DNA of 39,862 bases. Origin: Flavobacteriales bacterium. Lineage in GTDB: Bacteria; Bacteroidota; Bacteroidia; Flavobacteriales; Flavobacteriaceae. The translations under genes were made by a program, and so were the position numbers. This document shows, one piece after another, positions 1 to 7,623 of the stretch; within the stretch, counting starts at the first letter, position 1; each line of letters opens with the position of its first letter. The notes beneath the pieces are model-generated. The model saw only the letters and a program-made list of their open reading frames with translations. It was not told the origin of the DNA and did not search any database. The DNA lies in NCBI GenBank assembly GCA_004213605.1, contig SGZC01000001.1, positions 1 to 39,862 of the forward strand, written 5' to 3'.

Positions 1-2196
1 TTGGGCGACCTGAGTTTCAAAACCTGAAGTTCTATTTTTTGAATAGTATTTTTGATCGGGTAAATTTAATGAATCTAAAGTCTCTAAATAAAAAGGAATC
101 CAAGATTGAATCTTTGCGTAATGCGAAAGCATTTCTTTGATAGTTATAGTTTCTTTATTCGACGCAAGATATTCGGGAAGTAATTCAACAATTTTAGTAT
201 CTAAATTAATAGTACTATTATCTACTAGTTCCATTACTAAGGGTAAGGTTGCTAGAATTTTAGTTAAAGAAGCTACATCATAAATATCATTTTCAGAAAC
301 TTCCTTTTTTTTTTCTTGCGTATGATAACCAAAAGCTTTGTTATAAATTACTTTTCCTTTTCGTGCAACCAAAATTTGTGCACCGGGCATCATATTTTCT
401 TTTAACCCATGATTGACTAATGAATCAATTTTTTTTAATTTAATAGAATTAACGCCTACACTTTCGGGAGTTCCATATTGTAATCTATTTTGTAACCTTG
501 TAAAGTTTGTAGTACTTACCGGAAATTGAGTTCCTATCGATACGGGTAAAGATCCTTTTGCAGTTATAGAACCAAAAATAAGTTGTGCAGATAATTCTTG
601 TGAAATTTTACTATTTTGATAGGACAATAACACTCCATCAATTTTTGAAAATGTTGTTATATCATTTAAAGCATAAGGTCGTGCAAATACATCTAAAATA
701 ACGTTATTTTTTCTGGATACTTCTTGTATTAACCTTAGTTCATCCTTGCTAAACTTGTAGTCTTTCCATGGATTACTGTTTGATTTGTGAAAACCAATAA
801 CTGTAATGTCGTATTTTTTTAGTTGTTGATTGTAATCTCTGATTGAATTGGCTTTAACCCAATCTACAGTAGTATATTTATTAAGTTGATTATAAAAAAA
901 GTTTCCAGAATCATCTCCAAGGTGAATATAGGCGATTTTTATATTTTCTATTTTTTTTATCGGTATGATTAAACGATCATTTTTTAATACGGTCAATGCA
1001 TTTTCTATCGCTTTTTCATAAAGCATTTTATCGTAGGAAGTATTTAAATCGGCTATTAAAGAACTTAACACTAGCGGTTGATAATTGTGTAAGCCTACTT
1101 TATATTTGGCACGTAATATTTTTTTTACTGATCTGGATAATCTTTGTTCTGATATTCTACCCTTTTTATATGCTTTCACTATTAGTTGGTGGGCTTTAGG
1201 AACACTTTCTGATATTAATAACACATCATTTCCAGCTAAAAAGGCTGCTAAATCGATCTCACCAGGTTTTTTAAAATTTGTAGCTCCTTTCATATTTAGA
1301 GCATCGGTAAAAATTAATCCGTTAAACTGCATGGTATCTTGCAATAAATCAGTAACGATTGCCTTAGAAATAGAAGAAGGAACATTTTTTTTGCTTTCCA
1401 ATGACGGTACGTTTAGATGAGCTATCATAACACTTGATAAACCTTCTTGGAATAACCGACGGTATGGGTATAACTCTATGCTATCTAATCTCTCTTTTGT
1501 AAATGATATTGTAGGAAGCGTTTTATGAGAATCAAGGTCGGTATCTCCATGTCCAGGAAAGTGTTTGGCATTGGCTAGAATACCTGAACTTTGCATTCCT
1601 CTCATATAAGCCAGAGCTTTATTGGTTACATTATTGCGATCTTCGCCAAACGAACGATTTCCAATAATTGGATTGTTAGGATTGGTATTAATATCCACTA
1701 CTGGAGAAAAATTTATGTGTACCCCTATTCGCTTCGCATGCGCTCCTATTCGCTGCCCAATATCATAAATAATTTTATGATCAGTTATCGCGCCTAAAGT
1801 CATGTTCCACGGATAGGCAAAAGTAGAGTCCAAACGCATTGCTAAACCCCATTCAGCATCCATTGCTATCATTAATGGAATTTTTGAATTATTCTGAAAT
1901 TGGTTATTTAATTTAGCTTGACGAAGGGGCCCCCCTTTAGAAAAAATAATTCCACCTATGTGGTAATTTTTGATTAATGAATCAATTAAATTTGTTTTTT
2001 TTACGGAATCTTTAGAAAACGCATCCACCATAAATAATTGACCTACTTTTTCATTTAGTGACATTGAATTATAAATACTATCAACCCATTTATCTTGATT
2101 TAATAAATCATTTTCTATTTGTAAAGGGTAAACTCCTTGAGCTGAGGCTAAATTGAAAAACAATGATAAGATTGAAGTATAAAAAAGCTTTTTCAT
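1..2196 (-). CDS. GH3 beta-N-acetylglucosaminidase (NagZ-like) fused to a C-terminal serine hydrolase/beta-lactamase-family domain; 3' end lies outside the window
   Basis: Absent from the ORF track because its stop is not in the window. Hand translation from ATG 2196 gives signal peptide MKKLFYTSILSLFFNLASAQ, NagZ signature KHFPGHGDTDLDSH (~1525-1566), IFTDALNMKG around the nucleophile, and YDVASLTK (SxxK) at ~259-282 in the same frame. Confidence 0.9.
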   Translation of the reverse strand, partial: MKKLFYTSILSLFFNLASAQGVYPLQIENDLLNQDKWVDSIYNSMSLNEKVGQLFMVDAFSKDSVKKTNLIDSLIKNYHIGGIIFSKGGPLRQAKLNNQFQNNSKIPLMIAMDAEWGLAMRLDSTFAYPWNMTLGAITDHKIIYDIGQRIGAHAKRIGVHINFSPVVDINTNPNNPIIGNRSFGEDRNNVTNKALAYMRGMQSSGILANAKHFPGHGDTDLDSHKTLPTISFTKERLDSIELYPYRRLFQEGLSSVMIAHLNVPSLESKKNVPSSISKAIVTDLLQDTMQFNGLIFTDALNMKGATNFKKPGEIDLAAFLAGNDVLLISESVPKAHQLIVKAYKKGRISEQRLSRSVKKILRAKYKVGLHNYQPLVLSSLIADLNTSYDKMLYEKAIENALTVLKNDRLIIPIKKIENIKIAYIHLGDDSGNFFYNQLNKYTTVDWVKANSIRDYNQQLKKYDITVIGFHKSNSNPWKDYKFSKDELRLIQEVSRKNNVILDVFARPYALNDITTFSKIDGVLLSYQNSKISQELSAQLIFGSITAKGSLPVSIGTQFPVSTTNFTRLQNRLQYGTPESVGVNSIKLKKIDSLVNHGLKENMMPGAQILVARKGKVIYNKAFGYHTQEKKKEVSENDIYDVASLTKILATLPLVMELVDNSTINLDTKIVELLPEYLASNKETITIKEMLSHYAKIQSWIPFYLETLDSLNLPDQKYYSKNRTSGFETQVAQ

Positions 2197-2217
2197 AAAA
2201 TTAACAAGTAAAAAAAA

Positions 2218-2703
2218 TTATGCTAAAAATCTTGCATGCCAACTGTCCTTTGCGGGTACTTCCCAATTTTCAAGATAGTCAATTTTTGTATTCACTAGAT
2301 TATTAAAGACGATAGTGTTTTTTGAAATTGATTTCGCTTTTGCCATTTTTTTAAAATCAACTAGTGATTTGTGAGCTATGAATTCGCCGTTGTAGTAGGT
2401 AACATTCATTTTGTCCAACAGGTCAAGCGAATACTCTTTTTCTATAGTTTGAATAAAATTGACAGAGGCGTCTATGCTACAACCAGAAGCTGATGCATTC
2501 TCTTGATTCAGCCCCAATACAATAAAACGATTGTATTTAATTTCATAACTAGCCTCCAGTTCTTTTCCATGTGCGGTCCAGGATTTTAAAAACATTTTAA
2601 TTTTTGGTTCGATTGCAAGAACCTCACTATTGCTTAGTTTTCTATTTGATTGATAAATCCATATTCTTGAACTATCTGCTAGCTTATCAAATTCTATGAT
2701 CAT
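2218..2703 (-). CDS. Conserved Bacteroidota hypothetical protein (often labelled 'ABC transporter ATPase')
   Basis: 161 aa with SRIWIYQS, WTAHG and ASGCSID motifs. No Walker A/B. Overlaps the upstream gene by 4 nt. Confidence 0.7.
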   Translation of the reverse strand: MIIEFDKLADSSRIWIYQSNRKLSNSEVLAIEPKIKMFLKSWTAHGKELEASYEIKYNRFIVLGLNQENASASGCSIDASVNFIQTIEKEYSLDLLDKMNVTYYNGEFIAHKSLVDFKKMAKAKSISKNTIVFNNLVNTKIDYLENWEVPAKDSWHARFLA

Positions 2704-3497
2704 GATGTCAAATTTTCTGCATTTATAATCATTTCTGCAATATCTAACACCTTTACGTCAGTCTCTTTTTCTTTAGATTTTACACCGTCTGTTACCATTG
2801 TATTGCAAAATGGACAACCAGTTGCAATTATCGATGGTTTAGTCTCAAGTGCCTCCTCAGTTCTTTCTATATTTATTTCTTTATCACCGGCTTCTGCATC
2901 TTTAAACATTTGAGCACCTCCTGCTCCACAACACAATCCATTGGTTTTGCACCTGCGCATTTCAATAAGTTCGACTTCCAATTTTTTTAGTAAATCTCGA
3001 GGTGCTTCGTATTCATTGTTAGCTCTTCCTAAATAACAAGGATCATGAAAGGTGATTCTTTTTCCTTTAAATTTTCCTCCTTCTACTTTTAACCTCCCTT
3101 CATTCAGTAAGTCTTTTAGAAATTGAGTATGATGCATTACTTTATAATGCCCTCCTAAACCGGGATATTCATTTTTTAAAGTATTAAAACAATGTGGACA
3201 TGTAGTCACAATTTTTTTAATATTATAACCATCTAAAACTTGAATATTAGTCATAGCTTGCATCTGAAAAAGGAATTCATTACCGGCTCTTTTAGCAGGA
3301 TCACCGGAACAACTTTCTTCAGTCCCTAAAACTGCAAAATTGATGTCACAATTGTTTAATATTTTAACAAAGGCTTTGGTTATTTTTTTTGCTCTATCGT
3401 CAAAACTTCCAGCGCATCCTACCCAAAATAAAACCTCAGGTACTTTTCCTTGAGCTAGGTACTCAGCCATTGTAGGTACTTTTAATGCTTCACTCAT
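2700..3497 (-). CDS. CCG-domain Fe-S oxidoreductase subunit (C-terminal half of a FadF/HdrD/GlpC-like protein)
   Basis: Two CCG-type domains: VGC...SCSGD...CPHC and HDPCY...CCGAGG...CPFC. Confidence 0.85.
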   Translation of the reverse strand: MSEALKVPTMAEYLAQGKVPEVLFWVGCAGSFDDRAKKITKAFVKILNNCDINFAVLGTEESCSGDPAKRAGNEFLFQMQAMTNIQVLDGYNIKKIVTTCPHCFNTLKNEYPGLGGHYKVMHHTQFLKDLLNEGRLKVEGGKFKGKRITFHDPCYLGRANNEYEAPRDLLKKLEVELIEMRRCKTNGLCCGAGGAQMFKDAEAGDKEINIERTEEALETKPSIIATGCPFCNTMVTDGVKSKEKETDVKVLDIAEMIINAENLTS

Positions 3498-3549
3498 TTT
3501 AAAAACGGTTTAAATATCTAATACAATTAAGAGTTATAATACATGTTTT

Positions 3550-3984
3550 TTAATCTTTAAATACTTGAATCGTAACCTCTTTGTCTACTAAGTCAGTAAA
3601 ATTTCCTCGATATCGAGTTGCTTTAACCAAGTGGTTGTCCACCCAGTGATAATTTCCTCCTCTTGGTTTTCCCATTAACAAGGAATGGTATTTAAAACCG
3701 TGTTTTTGTAACCAAGTCTCTGTATTTTTTCTGTGTTCTTCAGTACGAGAAGTAAAAAAACAAATCATATGTCCTTCATCATACCATTTGTTTAAGGTAC
3801 GTAGAGCATCCGGGTACACTTTAGCAGTTAGCATTCGTTCTGGTTCTTCATTGGGAATGTCATCACAAATGGTACCATCAATATCTATGAGGTAATTTTT
3901 AATACCATCGGGTAATGTTGGACTTACTAGTTCACCCGCTTCCATCGTATCAGTTAATAACTGATCTATTTCATTTTTCTTCAT
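3550..3984 (-). CDS. Small HAD-superfamily phosphatase-like protein (LNS2-like, little or no cap)
   Basis: Motif I YLIDIDGT, motif II FFTSR, motif III GKP, and WVDN acidic motif; 144 aa. Confidence 0.75.
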   Translation of the reverse strand: MKKNEIDQLLTDTMEAGELVSPTLPDGIKNYLIDIDGTICDDIPNEEPERMLTAKVYPDALRTLNKWYDEGHMICFFTSRTEEHRKNTETWLQKHGFKYHSLLMGKPRGGNYHWVDNHLVKATRYRGNFTDLVDKEVTIQVFKD

Positions 3985-4019
3985 ATTAATCTTTTTTTTT
4001 CTTCATATTAATCTTTTTT
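3974..4019. repeat. 22-bp tandem direct duplication spanning a stop/start junction
   Basis: TTTTTCTTCATATTAATCTTTTTT starts at both 3974 and 3996 (period 22). Confidence 0.85.
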
Positions 4020-5327
4020 CCAATTTAATCGATCCATTTGATTGTAGGGCCAAGGGGCACCATTATTCTCGATATTTGTCATAGATATATTTAACTCATT
4101 AGGGGCTGCCGATTGTTCCATTACAAGATATTGGCGCATCTCCATGATGATCGACAATGGATTTATACTTATCGGACAGGATTCTACACAAGCATTACAG
4201 GTAGTACAAGCCCACAATTCTTCTCTAGTTATATAATTATCAAGCAATTGGTTATTATCATTTTTGAATTCACCATTTTTGTCAATATTTCTTCCTATTT
4301 CTTCCAAACGATCACGGGTATCCATCATGATCTTTCTAGGCGATAATTTTTTCCCTGTTTGATTTGCTGGACAATTACTGGTACATCTTCCACATTCTGT
4401 ACAAGTGTATGCATTTAATAACTGGGTTCTGTTTAGATCCAATACATCACTTACACCAAATTTTGCTGGGACCTCTACTTCAGAACTTGGAACCGCAAAA
4501 GGATCAATGTTTGGATCCATCATCATTTTGACTTCATTGGTAACAGATTCAAGGTTTTTAAACTTACCTTTGGCCTCGACACTACCGTAGTAAACATTAG
4601 GGAATGCCAGCAATATGTGTAAATGCTTGGAATAATAAAGATAATTTAAAAAAATAAAAATACCAATGATGTGAAGCCACCACGCAGTTCGTTCAAGGAT
4701 GATTAAACTCGACTCTGATAGGTTTTCAAATATTGGTAATAAATAACTACTTACAGGAAAACTTCCCGCACGATTGTAATGATCTGCTCCTAATAGCTGT
4801 AATTGGTAATCGGTTACATTCATCAATAAAAATAGCGACATCAATATCATCTCAAAATATAAAATAATATTTGCATCATTTTTAGGCCAACCTTCCATTT
4901 CTGGAGACCAAAAACGTTTGATTCTTTTAAAATTTCTTCGAATCCAAAATAGGATTACGCTAAGTAAAACTAAGAATGCTAATACTTCAAAAGAACCAAT
5001 TAGAATATCATAAAACACCCCTAATCCAGAAAAAATCCGATGGGTACCAAACAAACCGTCAATTATGATTTCTAGAACTTCGATATTAATGATGATAAAT
5101 CCAACATAAACAATGATGTGAAGAAAACCTGATAAAGGTCTAGCCACCATTTTTGATTGCCCAAATGCGATTCTGAGCACATTCTTCCAACGTGTTTTTT
5201 TGTGATCAATTGGGTCAATTTTTTGCCCGAGATTGATATTTCGAATTATTTTTTTACAATTCTTAATAAAAAAACCTGCTCCAAATACAACAATAATTAA
5301 AAAAAGAATATTTGGAATGTACTGCAT
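4008..5327 (-). CDS. Membrane-bound 2x[4Fe-4S] protein (N-terminal half of a FadF/HdrE-D-like oxidoreductase)
   Basis: About 5 hydrophobic helices with His residues (FLHII, WWLH, SKHLH), followed by CTECGRCTSNCP and CTTCNACVESCP. Confidence 0.85.
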   Translation of the reverse strand: MQYIPNILFLIIVVFGAGFFIKNCKKIIRNINLGQKIDPIDHKKTRWKNVLRIAFGQSKMVARPLSGFLHIIVYVGFIIINIEVLEIIIDGLFGTHRIFSGLGVFYDILIGSFEVLAFLVLLSVILFWIRRNFKRIKRFWSPEMEGWPKNDANIILYFEMILMSLFLLMNVTDYQLQLLGADHYNRAGSFPVSSYLLPIFENLSESSLIILERTAWWLHIIGIFIFLNYLYYSKHLHILLAFPNVYYGSVEAKGKFKNLESVTNEVKMMMDPNIDPFAVPSSEVEVPAKFGVSDVLDLNRTQLLNAYTCTECGRCTSNCPANQTGKKLSPRKIMMDTRDRLEEIGRNIDKNGEFKNDNNQLLDNYITREELWACTTCNACVESCPISINPLSIIMEMRQYLVMEQSAAPNELNISMTNIENNGAPWPYNQMDRLNWKKD

Positions 5328-5330
5328 AGA

Positions 5331-6281
5331 CTAGTTGTTATTAGAATCAAGAGATTCATATTCTGTCGTTTTTTTTCCAAAAACAGATAGGTGAACATAC
5401 CGTTTAGGATTTTCTTTTAAATCTCTTAAAAGTGCTTCCAGTTCTTTGGTTGCTGCTTCAAGATTATTATAAAGGCTTTCATCATTTATCAACTTACCAA
5501 TACTTCCCTCTCCATTATCAAATTTATACATAATAGAATTAAAACTTTCAAGGGTTGTTTCTAGATGGGTAGCCATCCTATTGATGTCGATTTGATTTAA
5601 GGAATTTGAAAAAGTTGCTAGATTAGCTGTAGTAATCTCTAAATAGGAAAAAGTACTGTCTAATTTTGGTTTGTTTTCTTTTAAGAGTGTATTTAAATCA
5701 GATGATGAATATTCAAAGGAACTCATCGTGTTTGTTAGACTTCCAATAGCGTTTTTAAAGTTGTTTTTGGTTTCTTCATTTAAAACCGAATTAAAATTAC
5801 CAAGAAGCGAATCCAATCCTGATAATGTAGTGTAAATTCTATTTTCGAGTGGTTTTATTCCTGAAGTTAGTGATTCGAGCATTCCCTTTTCAATTTCACC
5901 TTTTAAGACATCGCCATCAACTGCGATATTGTCTTTGTTTATAATGGGTATAATCGCTAGCGCATTACCGCCAATAACACTTGTGCTATATATTCTTACG
6001 ATACTACTTGTAGAAAAATTAAAGTCTTTATTTACCGAAAACGAAACCAATAAGCCTCCTAAATCATTTTCAAATTCTATTTTCTTTACTTTACCAACCA
6101 CATAGCCATTAATAGTAACGGGAGCAGAAACTGTTAAACCCGCAACATTATCATAGGATACATAGAACGTTCTTTCTTTTGAGAATAAATCAGATCCTTT
6201 TAAAAAACTGTAACCATATATTAATAGTAAAATAGCAAATAATGCTAAAATTCCTGTCTTTATTTCTTTAGTGATTTTCAA
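5331..6281 (-). CDS. mlaD: MlaD/MCE-family protein
   Basis: N-terminal anchor (EIKTGILAL...), MCE motif YDNVAGL...V.ING..VGKV, long helical region, C-terminal DLKENPKRYV. Confidence 0.85.
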   Translation of the reverse strand: MKITKEIKTGILALFAILLLIYGYSFLKGSDLFSKERTFYVSYDNVAGLTVSAPVTINGYVVGKVKKIEFENDLGGLLVSFSVNKDFNFSTSSIVRIYSTSVIGGNALAIIPIINKDNIAVDGDVLKGEIEKGMLESLTSGIKPLENRIYTTLSGLDSLLGNFNSVLNEETKNNFKNAIGSLTNTMSSFEYSSSDLNTLLKENKPKLDSTFSYLEITTANLATFSNSLNQIDINRMATHLETTLESFNSIMYKFDNGEGSIGKLINDESLYNNLEAATKELEALLRDLKENPKRYVHLSVFGKKTTEYESLDSNNN

Positions 6282-6303
6282 TGATTAATGTATTTTGATT
6301 AAA

Positions 6304-6311
6304 CAAATTTA
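6304..6311 (-). promoter_or_regulatory. Bacteroidota -7 promoter box for the mlaD operon
   Basis: TAAATTTG on the minus strand, 22 nt upstream of the mlaD ATG, in the amidase-mlaD gap. Confidence 0.55.
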
Positions 6312-6333
6312 TAAATAAAATGATGAACTAAGT

Positions 6334-7461
6334 TTATTTGTTTACAGAATTTAAAACATCTGATAATTTTAACTTTTTCCCATCTTTAAAGGCTACAATA
6401 TAACAAGAACTATACCCTTTTTCTTTTGCATTATTTTTTAATAAGACGATCTTTTCATAATCGGAAGTAGCACCATAATAATATTTATACAGTTTCCCTT
6501 CCTTTTTTCTATGAACATCATTAAGTCCATTAAAATTGTAGGGTTGAAGATCTAATTTTTTACTTGAAGCAGCAATTTGAACACAGAATTGAACTCCATC
6601 GTAACTGTTTTCTGCTTCGTTTTTAGAAATTTTATTTTTGTTTTTTGATTGAAAGGAATCAATTAGACTATTTTCACTAACATTTGATAAGCTATTGCGG
6701 TAGGTAATAATTCCTTTGGCGATTTCATTGGCAATTTCCTTTTGACCTTTAGAGGAATTTAAATAGGCTCCTTCTTGTTTATTGGTTAAAAAACCTGCTT
6801 CTATAAGTACACTAGGCATGTAACTTTTGTAAAGAACCATAAAGCCTGCTTGCTTAACACTTCTATCTTTTCGTTTTAAATTTTTTGAGAAATTATTTTG
6901 AATCAAGGAGGCTAGTAAAATACTTTGATCTAAATATTCCTCCTGCATCAATGTCATCCCTATTAAAGATTCAGGAGAATTAGGGTCAAAACCTTCATAG
7001 TTTTCTTCGTAGTCATCTTCTAAAAAAATTACCTCATTTTCTCTTTTTGCAACTTCAAAATTAGCTTCTGACCGATGCAAACCTAGTACAAAAGTTCCTG
7101 CTCCGTAGGCGTTATTGGTAAAAGCGTCACAATGTACCGAGACAAATAAATCAGCATCTGCCCTATTGGCTATGGGAGCCCTCTCATGTAATTTTATAAA
7201 TACATCTGTCTTTCGAGTATAAATAACTTTAAAATTAGGTTGTTTTTCCAAGATTCGTCCTATTTCAATTACAATTTTCAAAACGATATCCTTTTCCCTA
7301 TAACCATTTCCTAGGTTACCAGGATCATGCCCTCCATGACCAGCATCTAAAACAACTATAAAAGGTTTCTCGGAATTTTTGAAGGGCGTAGGCATCGATT
7401 TTGAATTAGCTGTAATAGCTAAAAAGACGATAAATAAGGCTCTTTTAAAATAAATGATCAT
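6334..7461 (-). CDS. N-acetylmuramoyl-L-alanine amidase (Amidase_3) with a C-terminal SPOR-like domain
   Basis: VVLDAGHGGHDPG, REKD, FVSVHCDA, PSVLIEAGFLTN; signal peptide. Confidence 0.92.
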   Translation of the reverse strand: MIIYFKRALFIVFLAITANSKSMPTPFKNSEKPFIVVLDAGHGGHDPGNLGNGYREKDIVLKIVIEIGRILEKQPNFKVIYTRKTDVFIKLHERAPIANRADADLFVSVHCDAFTNNAYGAGTFVLGLHRSEANFEVAKRENEVIFLEDDYEENYEGFDPNSPESLIGMTLMQEEYLDQSILLASLIQNNFSKNLKRKDRSVKQAGFMVLYKSYMPSVLIEAGFLTNKQEGAYLNSSKGQKEIANEIAKGIITYRNSLSNVSENSLIDSFQSKNKNKISKNEAENSYDGVQFCVQIAASSKKLDLQPYNFNGLNDVHRKKEGKLYKYYYGATSDYEKIVLLKNNAKEKGYSSCYIVAFKDGKKLKLSDVLNSVNK

Positions 7462-7544
7462 TAGATAAGTTTATACTTTATGATTTCGTTGTTTAAGTGT
7501 TGTTAAAAAAATACTATTAAAAAAAATCACATAAAAAATATGCT

Positions 7545-7552
7545 TATTTTTG
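7545..7552 (+). promoter_or_regulatory. -7 promoter box upstream of lptD
   Basis: TATTTTTG matches TAnnTTTG; 71 nt before the TTG start. Confidence 0.4.
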
Positions 7553-7623
7553 AGAAATTGTATTTGTAATAAAATCAAGATACAATCATTAAGCCAAAAT
7601 TACAAAAAAAAGGTATCGTAGCA

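Noticed and set aside
996-1797. Three short plus-strand ORFs (996-1199, 1085-1420, 1591-1797)
   Set aside because: They are antisense shadows of the GH3 gene.
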